Assembly (NCBI GenBank): GCA_964016885.1
Contig: OZ024742.1
Location: forward strand, 45,818,001-45,882,000
Direction: 5' to 3'
Source: Eledone cirrhosa
Taxonomy: Eukaryota
Length of the DNA stretch: 64,000 nt
Shown here: in pieces, positions 39,216 to 52,793 of the stretch
How positions within the stretch are numbered: the first letter of the stretch is position 1
Layout: each line of letters opens with the position of its first letter
Notes under the pieces: generated by a model
What the model saw: only the letters and a program-made list of their open reading frames with translations
Database searches by the model: none
Told to the model about the DNA's origin: nothing
Position numbers and translations under genes: made by a program

Positions 39216-41523
39216 TATAAATTAGCATATGTACGTGTATAAACTAAAAGATGAATCAACAATTTTATTCTTTTGACAAAAAACAAATAATACAATATTC
39301 ATAAGTCAAATTATTGTTATCTTAAAATTATTTTTAGATTTTTACTCTCAAGTCCCAAATAATAAGGGGGTGGGTGGTGGGGTGGTGGTGACATTTGCTT
39401 AAATTCTTATAAACAGCCAGGGAGGGGGTAGAATAAACGCGGAGTAATTGTAGTGCATGTTTGTAAATATGAGATTTCTTGAAATGTTCTTTTTTTTGTC
39501 ATATATAATGGTTTTGAATGCAAAATAAAATTATTTTTGGCACTAGGAAGGGCATCTAGTTGTAGAAACCAAGTCCAAATCGGTTCTGTATGAGCAAGAC
39601 ATAGTCACCTGACCTGGCATTGCTCACAACAGGATAACTCATCTAAACCATACCAGCGTGGAAAAATGGACGTTAAACAGAGATGATGATTCTCCAGCTA
39701 CTGTATTGATATGAATCACTTACAATAGAATTTGCCAGAAATAGATTAGCAAAATTTAATAAGTTGGAGATAATTATTCAAGACCTGAGAGTACATAATT
39801 TTCAAAAATGTTAAATTATATTAGTGATTTATGTTTATATTTGAATACATATTTTCAAATATTTTATCTTTAAGAATAGAAAATATCACTTTAAACTTGA
39901 ACCTTAGAGAAAATAATTTCCAAATAATTTTCCATTCTTATATCAGTAGAATTTAATCTCATACTAAAGCCAATAATTGAAATTAATCACTGAATCTATA
40001 AAAACAAAGAAAACATCTTCAGTCAAATATGATTATCCTCCTCCAATCTACAGGCTCATACTTAGAGCAGGTCCATTCAATTGGACCATGCTTGCCAATC
40101 TCATCCACCTTTCAACAAACTGGTTAGAAGCAGCATTTCCTCTCCATCCTGATTTTCCTTATCAAGTGGAACTTGAAAATGTTAATCAGGGCTTTGCCAA
40201 AGAGGAAAGTGCCTGTCTTCAATGCTAAAATGGATATTTCACTAGTGGCTGTGTCTGACTGGTAGAGGGCTATGATTGCTTGAAGACATTCTAGGACTGC
40301 AGCTCTGCTAAGCAGATGAACTGGGGAAACACATATCTGGATAATGGCAACATCACCTGTTCACAATCAAGGAAGCACTGGAAATGTAGCCACAGAGTAT
40401 GGTTGCATATCATCAGCCATGACATTCAGTTCTCCACACAGCATGTGTTGACAGCAGATGGACCACCTGACCATTAGAACATGTTTTATCTGAGCATGCT
40501 ATGTTAAAATCTTCTGTTAATAGTTAAAAATAGTTTGAGGTCATGGCAGTTCATTAAAAAACAACAACATTTATTACACTCAGGCAGTGAACGTTATGAT
40601 GGTTGTTAGTTGGTAGAGACTCTTATGGATGGCTGTTGGTTGGTAGAGTTTCTTTATGGCGGTTGGTGGTTGGCAGGGATTCTTATTTCAGAATACTATA
40701 ACTAGAAATAATCTAGTAGTTGGGATTATTTTATTATTTGACACCTCACCTGAAGTGAAGTTTCTACTTATTTGATGCTAAGCTCAACAGGAACTTACTA
40801 AATGAATGATTGACATTTTGTCCCCACCTTTTATCTAAACTATTTAAAGAGATCCTGACATTGGGTTTTTGGTACATTTAGGGTGCAGTTATGAGGATCT
40901 AAGTGCCAGTAATATAATTTTGTCTCAAAAATGTTTTTAGCTTTAATATCAAATTAATATCAAATTTAAAAGTTTTAAAACATACATTATTGCTAATTTT
41001 AAAAAATCAACATAAATTTCACATTCAAACACCACAGACAATATTTTGTGCTTCATTAGAATTTTATTAATTCATGCCAAGGAGAATTAATATAAAATTT
41101 TTAAAATATGATTTTTCTATAGATATAAAAGGATATAATTATTTTTTAACGTGAAGTTGTGAAAGAATAAAAATGATCAAATTGAACAGCATTTTGTAAC
41201 TGAAATATAACATGTATTTAATAGTATTAGCTTGTTTAGGGTGGTAGATTGGTAGAATTGGTAGAGTATCAGATAAAGTGCCATTGTGGTATTTGTTCTG
41301 GGTTTTTTACATTCTGAGTAAAAGGTCAACTTTGCCTTTCAGCCTTCCAAGGTAAAATAAAAATCAAGTACCAGTCAAGTACTTGGGTTGATTTAACAAC
41401 TTTGTCCTCTGCCCAAATTTGCTGACCCCGTCCCAAATCAGAAATCAATATTGTTAGCGTGTTTATTTGGAAATTTGGTTTGAATGGATTTTCCCAAGAA
41501 GAAAAGTTTACCTAAGATTTTCT

Positions 41524-41740
41524 TTAACCCTTTTGATATCAACCAGCCCCAAACTACCTCTGATTCTACAAAATAAAACCACCCATTTTAAAGAGTTCCT
41601 ATTTAAATAAAAACTTTCCAACATAATTTTATACAAGAACATTTTATTATGTTACAAATAACATCTTAATTAAATTATAATTTTAAGGAAATAATTGAAA
41701 TACAAAGTATCTCATTAGAAATATCGTAGTAAAACGGTCA
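41524..41740 (+). mobile_element. piggyBac-like MITE family 2
   Basis: TTAACCCTTTTGATA start; collinear with 58041-58280. Confidence 0.65.
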
Positions 41741-42044
41741 AAAACATTTTAGTCTCATTTTTTCCCTGTTGTTTATCTATAAAATTAATCCTTTATATCT
41801 GATGGTTTTATGATTGCAGTTGACTGGTTTTAAGTAAATCACTTGGCAGTTATTAGGAGGTTACAGGCAAATATCTAGCTGCACTACCTACCCTCACTCA
41901 AATCATTTTGTTGTCAATCAACCTGAAGATAAAAACAACATTTTTTTCATGCTCTCCATAGTTGCCTTGGATGGATTTTTATTTATTTATTTATTTTTTG
42001 TTCTGGTTAGAAAGGTCCTTACTTGAGTGGTACATATTTGTTTT

Positions 42045-43375
42045 TAATTTAGGCACTAGGCCAGTAATTTAGGGGAAGGGAAAGTCAATTAAATCATCCT
42101 TTGTACTTAACTGATGCTTTATTTTATCAACTCCAGAATGATGATAGGGGAAATTGACCTTAGTGGGATTTGAACTCAGAAAGTAAAGAGCCTAAACAAA
42201 TACTGCTAAGCATTTGATGCTCTACTGGCTCTGCCAATCCATAATTGTAACTTGATTACTCTTTTAGTTCATAAAATATTTGTAACAAATTATCACAGTA
42301 CACATTTTATTTAGAAGGAAAGTGAGAGAGAAGGGGGAAAAGCTGATAAAACTGGTCAGCTACTAAATTTCAAGTTTGTTACAGTAGAACTGTGTTAGTG
42401 ACCAGCTCACAGACAAGACCACAGAAATGTTGATAGCATCAATAACATAAATATATAGTAAAGTTAACAGTTTTTACATGCGCGCATATTTTAAATGGCT
42501 AGAATGACCTTTCTATGTAGTAATTGTCTGGGTTTCAACACATGGTCTTAGATCAAGTCATTTGTCAGACAAATACAACTCAAAAATACTTTTTTATTGA
42601 AATTTATTTAATGAAATAGGCAGAGGCATGGCATGTGGTGAAGAAGTTCACTTCATAACTGATCAGTTTTTGGTGTGGGTGGTGGATTGGTATAATCAGA
42701 AGACTGTTGGACAAAATATCTTGTGGTACTTAGTTATGACTTTCTACATTCTGAGTTCTAATCCTGCTGAGACTAATTTTGCCTTTCATCCTTCTAGGGT
42801 CAATAAAATCAAATATTTGTCAAGTATTGGGATTAATATAATCGATTTTCACCTTTTTCCAAATTACTGGACTTGATCCAATGTAAGACAGAATTAATAA
42901 AGGTGGTGGATATTGAATGAGAGTATTGGATAATGTATTTGTGATATTTATCTAGTCTTTTTAAGTTCTATATCAAATTCTTTGCTGTGGGGTCAACTTT
43001 ACTTTCCACCCCTCCATTGCTACTGAAATTAATACCAGTAATAAATAAGGGATTGGTTAAATTGATGATTCTATTCTCTCTTTCTCATAAATTTCTGGTT
43101 TTATTGTATCGGTGTGAGAAAAAATTATTATTGTCTTTAATATTTTATTAAATAAAAGAGTAGTAAATTGGCAGAACTATTAGATTATTGAACAAAATGT
43201 CTTATAGCAATGAATTATGGACCTTTATGATCTAAGTTCAAATCCTCCTAAAGCCAGTTTTGCCTTTCAACTTTCTGGGGTGGATAAAATAAAGTACCAG
43301 TGAAGTACTCAGGTTGATTTAATCAACTTTGTCCCCTCAAAATTTGTTGGCCTTGTGACTTAATTAAAAATCGAT
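42045..43375. mobile_element. Cluster of old Meta-like SINEs (about 42045-42240 minus; 42675-42880, 42900-43100 and 43165-43370 plus)
   Basis: Degenerate TTTGCCTTTCA..GATAAAATAAAGTACCAG cores; similar old copies near 15030, 20420, 41240, 44505, 53430, 53810, 54545 and 59140. Confidence 0.7.
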
Positions 43376-44148
43376 ATTTTATTAATTAGAAACCAAAAAA
43401 CAAGCAAACTCTTCTTGTTTGAAGCACCTTTTTGAAGATTAGCTTTTAAAAATATTTTAACTTGGGAGAAAATAAAAATGGTCGAAACTATTAGTAATAG
43501 TATAAATGACTTTAAGATATTTTGGTTTCATAGCAACCAAGAGGTCAAGTGCCATATAAACCTACTTGACATGTTTGACTGTTTAAAAGACATTTTTCTA
43601 TAACAGGTGAAAAAGACTGAATAAATTATTGATAAATCACACATGAGAAGAAGCAAGGGTACAGCACAATTAGAATGAAAATGCGTAAATAAATGTATAT
43701 TTTGTTGTTTACAAACCTGAATATGCCTGTATGTATGCCATAGTGTGTGTATGTGTTCATGTCCATGTATGTGTAAGTGTGTGTCCCTAAAGGTGTGTAG
43801 GTGCCTGTATGTATGTCCAAGGGTGTCCAAGAGTGTATGTGTGTGTTTCTGTATGTATGTCCAAGTGTGTGAGTGTAGTCACATATATATATAAATAAAC
43901 CTTTATGATATATTTAAAGTACAATAGATTCACATATATATATATATAATATATATATATATTTCGTTTCTGAATTTGTTTAGCAAGATTCTTTATCTGA
44001 AAATGTGTGTTGAAACCAATATTGTTATACATTGTGCTTAGTTTGCACATGTGTAACACATGCACAAAGTAAGCACACAACACACACAAAAACAAGATGG
44101 TGTAGGATAGAACAAAGGAGAAGCACAAAACAAAGAAAAGAATCCCCA

Positions 44149-44191
44149 GTCACTGAAGAGGTCACAGAATGTGTGACGAAAGAACTTTGAC
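44149..44191 (+). ncRNA. Minimal type I hammerhead motif
   Basis: GTCA-CTGAAGA-gGTCAC-agaatgt-GTGAC-GAAA-GAAC-TT-TGAC, inside the TA-flanked insert 43961-44292. Confidence 0.65.
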
Positions 44192-44302
44192 AATATATGA
44201 ACAACCATCGGGTTGTGGAACCAACCAACCAACTGGAAATTTATAATAAATTGAAGTGAAAGCAACATGACCCTCCCAAAGTATAACAATATATATATAT
44301 AT

Positions 44303-44480
44303 AGGAAAATAGTCAGGACCCCGATGGCTGAGCTCCGGCCATTTTGACAGCTAGATCCGAACTAGCCGGAGCTCAGCCATTAGGGTCCTGACTCTTTTCC
44401 TATTACCCACTCTACTACCCTAAGTATCGAGTACTCTGGTGCATTATGGTTCACCTGGTTTCTTACCACACTTTCTTTGT
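44303..44480 (+). mobile_element. (TA)n-embedded fold-back element, same family as 10883-11045
   Basis: Inverted arms at about 44303-44338 and 44365-44402; shared tail. Confidence 0.75.
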
Positions 44481-45244
44481 GTATATATATATATATATAT
44501 AAGGCATATTCGCAGAGTTGTTAGAACGTCAGATAGAATACTTTGAGGTACTTGTTCTGGCTCTCTGCTCTCTGAGTTAAAATCCTGCTGAGATCAACTT
44601 TGCCTTTCACCTTTTTGAGGTTGATAAAGAAGTACCAGTCGAGTACTCATTTTCTATTCTTCTCTAGAAGAAATCGACTGTACTCAGACTTGAAGAGAGA
44701 TGGGCTCAACCAGGGTAAAAATGCCCAAGAAACACTGTACGAATATGTCAATACGGTGCCCCTATGACTTCCTCAGGACTTATAAGACCATACCATACCA
44801 TACCAGACACATATATTTATAGAAACCTACATGGTATATTTAAAGTACAATAGATATGTATTTATATAAAACTACATAGTGTATTTAAAGTATAATTGAT
44901 ACATATATTTATATAAACGTACATGATTATTTAAAGTACAATAGATATATATTTATATAGACCTACTTATATAATTAAAGAATAATATATATATATATAT
45001 ACACACACAAACACATGCATGTGTGTATGTCTGTATGTATATCATGACTCATAGACTGTTCACTTTCTTAACATTTGTACATTATTCTATCTACTATACA
45101 TGCACCTTCGATGAGTTGTAGTGCACCTGAGCACAGTACACAATAATTTCATTATCATATATATGTATATATGATATTGAAAATTATTGTGTACAGTGCT
45201 CAGCTGCACTACAACTCATCGAAGGTGCATGTATATATATATAG

Positions 45245-45435
45245 GGCGGTGGGTTGGCAGTATTGGTAGAGGGTCAGACGGCATGCTTTGACACATAGAG
45301 TTATGGCTCTTGCCATTCTGAGTTCAAATCCCGCCGAGGTTAACTTTGCCTTTCATCTTTATGGGGTCGATAAAATAAAGTACCAGTAATACACTGGGTA
45401 ATTGCTGGCCTTGTGCCAAAAGTAGAAACAATTAT
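45245..45435 (+). mobile_element. Young Meta-like SINE
   Basis: Full head, core and tail; near-identical to 59777-59960. Confidence 0.9.
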
Positions 45436-45570
45436 ATATATATATAGAGAGAGAGATAGAGAAAGAGATACATTATATGTCTAAAATACAATAGATATAT
45501 AAAACTACATGATATATTTAAAGTACAATAGATACATATATGTATATAAAACTACATCATATATATTAAG

Positions 45571-45618
<48 letters not shown>

Positions 45619-45711
45619 GTAGAACACTAGCAGGTTATATCCGTAGTAGTAGAGCACTCAGTCCATGGGACAGATTTGGTAGAAGTAGTCCCACAACAGT
45701 TAGTTCACAAT

Positions 45712-45754
45712 ACCCAGAATAATTGTTTCACCTTATTCGGATCATCAGCTCGGT
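45712..45754 (-). ncRNA. Type I hammerhead motif (inverted partner of 45888-45930)
   Basis: Minus strand: ACCGAG-CTGATGA-tCCgaataaGGt-GAAA-CAATT-ATT-CTGGGT. Confidence 0.55.
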
Positions 45755-45887
45755 CTAAATGAAGTTGTACGGGAAAGGAAAAATATATATATATATATAT
45801 ATATTATATTTTAATTATATAATGTAGGTCTATATAAATATATATCTATTCTACTTTATTTTTCCTTTTCCGTACAACTTCATTTAG

Positions 45888-45930
45888 ACCGAGCTGATGA
45901 TCCGAATAAGGTGAAACAATTATTCTCAGT
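45888..45930 (+). ncRNA. Type I hammerhead motif, slightly degenerate
   Basis: ACCGAG-CTGATGA-tCCgaataaGGt-GAAA-CAATT-ATT-CTCAGT; combining the two copies gives CTCGGT, a perfect stem I. Confidence 0.6.
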
Positions 45931-46211
45931 ATGGTGAACTAACTGTTGTAGAACTACTTATATATATATATATATATTTATATAAACCTACATGATATAT
46001 CAATATATTGTTTTACCTTTTTATTACTTTATGATTAGGTTAGAGAGAGAGAGAAAATAGCCAATATATGTTTTGTCTTCTTTATGGTATATTTGATAGT
46101 CTCAACAATGAAACATCAAAATATTTTTGACTAGAGACAAGGTCAATATATTATTGAGCAAAGCTATATCATTGATTAATTACTAGTACTCTTTTCAATG
46201 TCTCTGCAGGG

Positions 46212-49200
46212 TAGTGGTTGCCAACCCTTTGTGCACCCTGCCCCGCCTCAACAGCTCAAAAATTGTTATTGCCCCCCTCTCCACAAAAAAAAAAAAAAAA
46301 TTATATGAAAACAGCAATGATCAACTGTAAAGTATAAAGAAATTTCTTATATAGTTGGTACCAGATACACACAGTAACATGTGTGAAGGATAAGGTGAGA
46401 CAGGAGTTTCTGACAGTAATGTGTACCATACAGGTGGTACCAGATACACACAGTAACATGTGTGAAGGATAAGGTGAGACAGGAGTTTCTGACCGTAATG
46501 TGTACCATACAGGTGGTACCAGATACACAGAGTAACATGTGTGAAGGAGGAGGTGAGACAAAAGTTTCTGACAGTAATGTGTACCATACAGATGGTACCA
46601 GATACACAGAGTAACATGTGTGAAGGAGGAGGTGAGACAAGAGTTTCTGACAGTAATGTGTACCATACAGGTGGTACCAGATACACACAGTAACATGTGT
46701 GAAGGAGGAGGTGAGACAGGAGTTTCTGACAGTAATGTGTACCATACAGGTGGTACCAGATACACAGAGTAACATGTGTGAAGGAGAAGGTGAGACAGGA
46801 GTTTCTGACCGTAATGTGTACCATACAGGTGGTACCAGATACACACAGTAACGTGTGTGAAGGAGGAGTAGAGACAGGAGTTTCTGACAGTAATGTGTAC
46901 CATACAGGTGGTACCAGATACACACAGTAACATGTGTGAAGGAGGAGGTGAGACAAAAGTTTCTGACAGTAATGTGTACCATACAGATGGTACCAGATAC
47001 ACAGAGTAACATGTGTGAAGGAGGAGGTGAGACAGGAGTTTCTGACAGTAATGTGTACCATACAGGTGGTACCAGATACACAGAGTAACATGTGTGAAGG
47101 AGGAAGTGAGACAAGAGTTTCTGACAGTAATGTGTACCATACAGGTGGTACCAGATACACACAGTAACATGTGTGAAGGAGGAGGTGAGACAGGAGTTTC
47201 TGACAGTAATGTGTACCATACAGGTGGTACCAGATACACACATTAACATGTGTGAAGGAGGAGGTGAGACAGGAATTTCTGACAGTAATGTGTACCATAC
47301 AGGTGGTACCAGATACACACAGTAACATGTGTGACGGAGGAGGTGAGACAGGAGTTTCTGACAGTAATGTGTACCATATAGGTGGTACCAGATACACACA
47401 GTAACATGTGTGAAGGAGGAGGTGAGACAAGAGTTTCTGACAGTAATGTGTACCATACAGATGGTACCAGATACACACAGTAACATATGTGAAGGAGGAG
47501 GTGAGACAGGAGTTTCTGACAGTAATGTGTACCATACAGGTGGTACCAGATACACACAGTAACATGTGTGAAGGAGGAGGTGAGACAGGAGTTTCTGACA
47601 GTAATGTGTACCATATAGGTGGTACCAGATACACAGAGTAACATGTGTGAAGGAGGAGGTGAGACAAGAGTTTCTGACAGTAATGTGTACCATACAGGTG
47701 GTACCAGATACACAGAGTAACATGTGTGAAGGAGGAGGTGAGACAGGAGTTTCTGACAATAATGTGTACCATACAGATGGTACCAGATACACACAGTAAC
47801 ATGTGTGAAGGAGGGGGTGAGACAGGAGTTTCTGACAGTAATGTGTACCATACAGGTGGTACCAGATACACAGAGTAACATGTGTGAAGGAGGAGGTGAG
47901 ACAGGAGTTTCTGACAGTAATGTGTACCATACAGGTGGTACCAGATACACACAGTAACGTGTGTGAAGGAGGGGGTGAGACAGGAGTTTCTGACAGTAAT
48001 GTGTACCATACAGGTGGTACCAGATACACAGAGTAACATGTGTGAAGGAGAAGGTAAGACAGGAGTTTCTGACAGTAATGTGTACCATACAGGTGGTACC
48101 AGATACACACAGTAACGTGTGTGAAGGAGGGGGTGAGACAGGAGTTTCTGACAGTAATGTGTACCATACAGGTGGTACCAGATACACAGAGTAACATGTG
48201 TGAAGGAGAAGGTAAGACAGGAGTTTCTGACAGTAATGTGTACCATACAGGTGGTACCAGATACACACAGTAACGTGTGTGAAGGAGGGGGTGAGACAGG
48301 AGTTTCTGACAGTAATGTGTACCATACAGGTGGTACCAGATACACACAGTAACGTGTGTGAAGGAGAAGGTGAGACAGGAGCTTCTGACAGTAATGTGTA
48401 CCATACAGGTGGTACCAGATACACACAGTAACATGTGTGAAGGAGGAGGTGAGACAAGAGTTTCTGACAGTAATGTGTACCATACAGGTGGTACCAGATA
48501 CACAGAGTAACATGTGTGAAGGAGGAGGTGAGACAGGAGTTTCTGACAGTAATGTGTACCATACAGGTGGTACCAGATACACACAGTAACATGTGTGAAG
48601 GAGGAGGTGAGACAAGAGTTTCTGACAGTAATGTGTACCATACAGGTGGTACCAGATACACAGAGTAACATGTGTGAAGGAGGAGGTGAGACAGGAGTTT
48701 CTGACAGTAATGTGTACCATACAGGTGGTACCAGATACACACAGTAACATGTGTGAAGGAGGAGGTGAGACAGGAGTTTCTGACAGTAATGTGTACCATA
48801 CAGGTGGTACCAGATACACACAGTAACATGTGTGAAGGAGGAGGTGAGACAGGAGTTTCTGACAGTAATGTGTACCATACAGGTGGTACCAGATACACAG
48901 AGTAACATGTGTGAAGGAGAAGGTAAGACAGGAGTTTCTAACAGTAATGTGTACCATACAGATGGTACCAGATACACAGAGTAACATGTGTGAAGGAGGA
49001 GGTAAGACAGGAGTTTCTGACAGTAATGTGTACCATACAGGTGGTACCAGATACACACAGTAACGTGTGTGAAGGAGGAGGTGAGACAGGAGTTTCTGAC
49101 AGTAATGTGTACCATACAGGTGGTACCAGATACACACAGTAACATGTGTGAAGGAGGAGGTGAGACAGGAGTTTCTGACAGTAATGTGTACCATACAGGT

Positions 49201-49638
49201 GGTACCAGATACACAGAGTAACATGTGTGAAGGAGAAGGTAAGACAGGAGTTTCTGACAGTAATGTGTACCATACAGGTGGTACCAGTTACACAGAGTAA
49301 CATGTGTGAAGGAGGAGGTGAGACAGGAGTTTCTGACAATAATGTGTACCATACAGGTGGTACCAGATACACACAGTAACATGTGTGAAGGAGGAGGTGA
49401 GACAGGAGTTTCTGACAGTAATGTGTACCATACAGGTGGTACCAGATACACACAGTAACGTGTGTGAAGGAGGAGGTGAGACAGGAGTTTCTGACAGTAA
49501 TGTGTTCCAAAGTTGCCTTAGTGTCAAAGTAATAAGGTAAAACCTGAAGTTTGTTCTTATTAATATCATTTTCAAATTACCCCTTTAGATATTCAAATTG
49601 ATCCCCTGCGGGGTGTGTGCCCACATTGGGAATCACAG
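46212..49638. mobile_element. Old hAT (Charlie-type) MITE hosting the 79-bp satellite
   Basis: TIR-like TAGTGGTTGCCAAC and ATTGGGAATCACAG; 8-bp flanks CTGCAGGG and CTGTAGGA (6/8). Confidence 0.6.
46357..49505. repeat. 79-bp minisatellite, about 40 copies
   Basis: GGTACCAGATACAC recurs with period 79. Confidence 0.98.
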
Positions 49639-49918
49639 CTGTAGGATTAAAAAGTAAAAGGTAGCTGTTAAAGAGGATTAAACTTTAAAAAATGTGACAG
49701 AAGAAAGTGAATACTATAATACATATAGTCCAGTCACCTGTTTTACTGTGAGGGACTTTCTAATTATAAAAGAACTATTACTGCCTTCTTCTTGACTTGT
49801 CACAAAGGTTTATTACAGGGAGTCAAAAACATCAGATATTTGGATGTTCGTGACTTTCCCATGTATAATCAAGGGAAAACTGTATCAACCAAGAGCTGAA
49901 CCGCACTGCAGTCTCAGC

Positions 49919-50232
49919 CAGGGCCAGATTTAATGGGAGGGGGGGGGCAAAGGGGGCAATAGCTCCGGGCCTCCTGCAGTGGGGTCCCCACCAGCGATGG
50001 CTGTAGAAATTTATTTGTGCCCTCAGCTGGACTTTTTAGTTTTAGGATGGTTAGAATTTTTTTATTTAATACCTGTATACATAATTTTTCTATTCAAATT
50101 ACTTGCGTCAAGCTATCTTTGATATGTAAAATTGGGGCGTTTGCTGTGTATTCTAATTTATTGTGTATGAAGAGCCCTCCAAACCTGAAGTGCCCTGGGC
50201 CCCGGGCCTCCCAAGGTCTAAATCGAACCCTG
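49919..50232. mobile_element. hAT MITE
   Basis: TIRs CAGGGCCAGATTTA and TAAATCGAACCCTG; 8-bp TSD GTCTCAGC / GTTTCAGC. Confidence 0.85.
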
Positions 50233-50424
50233 GTTTCAGCTACATGGAAACGTAGTTTTGTTTTACAGTATTCCCCAATAATAAATATATTGATAATGAA
50301 AGAAATATTGGTATTAAGAACAAGTGGATCTATTTGGTTTCCATTCACGAATCACAGTAAAAATATTACAAAATATATTAAAGATTATAGGAATAGCAGA
50401 AAAGTTTACTATTCATTTGGCAAA

Positions 50425-51440
50425 AGGGTGGTGGATTAGCAGTATCGGTAGAGAGTCAGACGCCATGCTTTCCAGCATAGTTACGTCCCTTTACGATCTG
50501 AGTTCAAATCCTGCCGAGGTTAACTTTGCCTTTCATCCTTAAATGGTCGATGAAATAAAGTACCAGTAATACACTGGGATAATTGCTGGCCTTGTGCCAA
50601 AAATAGAAACCATTATTACCAGTGGTAATAATTGTTTCTACTTTTTGGTACAAGGCCAGCAATTACCCAGTGCATTACTGGTACTTTCTTTTAACAACCC
50701 CCGTAAGGATGAAAGGCAAAGTCAACCTAAGCGGGATTTGAACTCAGATCATTAAGGGACGTAACATTACCAGTGGTAATAATTGTTTCCACTTTAGGCA
50801 TAAGGCCAGCAATTACCCAGTGCATTACTGGTACTTTATTTTATCGACCCCGTAAGGATGAAAGGCAAAATCAACCTCGGTTGGATTTGAACTCAGATCG
50901 TAAAAGGATGTAACTATGCTGGAAAGCATGGCGTCCGACCCTCTACCAATACTGCCAAATGGTTTCTAATATTTGATGGAGAGGAAAGTTGATTAAATCG
51001 ACCCCAGTGTGTGACTGGTACTTTATTTTATCGACCTCATAAGAATGAAAGGCAAAGTTAACCTTGGTGGGATTAATTAGAGTTACACCCCTTTATGATC
51101 TGAGTTCAAATCCTGCCGAGGTTAACTTTGCTTTTCATCCTTACTGGGTTGATAAAATAAAGTACCAGTAATGTACTGGGATAATTGCTGGCCTTGTGCC
51201 AAAAGTAGAAACAATTATTACCACTGGTAATAATGTATAGTAATGAGGGTGGTGGATTAGCAGTATCAGTAGAGGGTCGGACACCATGCTTTACAGCATA
51301 GAGTTACGGCCCTTTACGGTCTGAGTTCAAATCCTGCCGATGTTAACTTCCCCCTTCATCCTTACGGGCACGATAAAATAAAGTACCAGTAATGTACTGG
51401 GATAATTGCTGGCCTTGTGCCAAAAGTAGAAACAATTATT
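50425..51440. mobile_element. Cluster of six full or partial Meta-like SINE copies in both orientations
   Basis: Plus 50425-50620; minus 50620-50765, 50765-50960 and 50965-51075; plus 51080-51230 and 51245-51440. Confidence 0.9.
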
Positions 51441-51654
51441 ACTAGCAAATAATAATCTAGCTTCGGCACAAAATTAAAAATTTTTGTGGGATTTCAACTT
51501 TGTTGGAAACTATAAATTTTTGGGGGAGGTTGGGGGGATTGGCTAAATTGTATTCAGTCAACACAAGCTGTTGGGGTGGGGTGGTGGTGGTGGTGGTGGT
51601 GGGGGTGGGGGGGGGGGCTAACTAAGGAATTAAGATGAAATTGAGAAGATTGGT

Positions 51655-51791
51655 AATTAGTAGTGGTGGTATGGTTTACTTGAGATTTTTTGAATTCATT
51701 TATGATGATGATGATGATGATGATAATGGTAATGGTGGTGGTGGTGGTGGTGATGAAGGTGGAGATGATGATGGCTTTGATGAAGATATCA

Positions 51792-51831
<40 letters not shown>

Positions 51832-52697
51832 CGATGATGATGATGATGGTGGTGATGATGATGGTGGTGGTGATGGTGGCAATAGTGATGATAGTCATTG
51901 TAATGATAATTGTGTTGATGATGATGATGATGACACCAAAACTGGAGAAATCAATAACATCAAGTGATTGAAGATCAGAAGAGGTATGATCAAAACAAAG
52001 TGTAATACTTCAGTGTGTGTGTATGACTGTATGTATGTGTGTGTGTGTGTCAGTGTGTGTGTATAAGTATATGTGTGTGTGTATGTGTGTGTCAGTGTGT
52101 GTGTATAAGTATATGTGTGTGTGTCTCAGTGTGTATGTATGAGTCTGTGTGTGTATGAGTGTATGTGTGTGTGTCTCAAAATGTGTGTATGTCTCAGTGT
52201 GTGTGTGTATGAGTGTATGTGTGTGTGTCTCAAAATGTGTGTGTGTCTCAGTGTGTGTGTGTATGAGTGTATGTGTGTGTGTCTCAAAATGTGTGTGTGT
52301 CTCAGTGTGTGTGTGTATGAGTGTATGTGTGTGTGTCTCAAAATGTGTGTGTGTCTCAGTGTGTGTGTGTATGAGTGTATGTGTGTGTGTCTCAAAATGT
52401 GTGTGTGTCTCAGTGTGCGTGTGTATGAGTGTATGTGTGTGTCAGTATGTGTGTCTCAGTGTGTGTGTGCATGTGTGTGTGTGTAGGTCCCAATGTGTGT
52501 GTGTGTGTGCCTCAGTGTGTGTGTGTGTGTGTGTGTATTTGTATGAGTGTGTCTCTCATCTTTCTCTCTCACTCCACTATCTCTTTCTCTCTCTTATCTC
52601 TCTCTCTCTCATCTCTCTCTCCCTTATCTCTCTCTCTTTCTCTCTCTCATCTCTCTCTCTCTCATCTATCTATCTCTCTCAGTCTCTCTCTTTCATC

Positions 52698-52728
<31 letters not shown>

Positions 52729-52745
52729 ACCTATCTCCCTCTCTC

Positions 52746-52793
<48 letters not shown>

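Noticed and set aside
39977-40228. Candidate second host exon
   Set aside because: No convincing acceptor/donor pair or recognisable protein similarity
46301-49575. Minus-strand ORFs of about 1000 aa with Cys/His periodicity
   Set aside because: The 79-bp unit lacks stops on one strand, so all frames give the same permuted peptide; there is no splice or codon evidence
51635-51967. Acidic Asp/Gly-rich ORF
   Set aside because: (GAT/GGT)n microsatellite with no supporting splice structure
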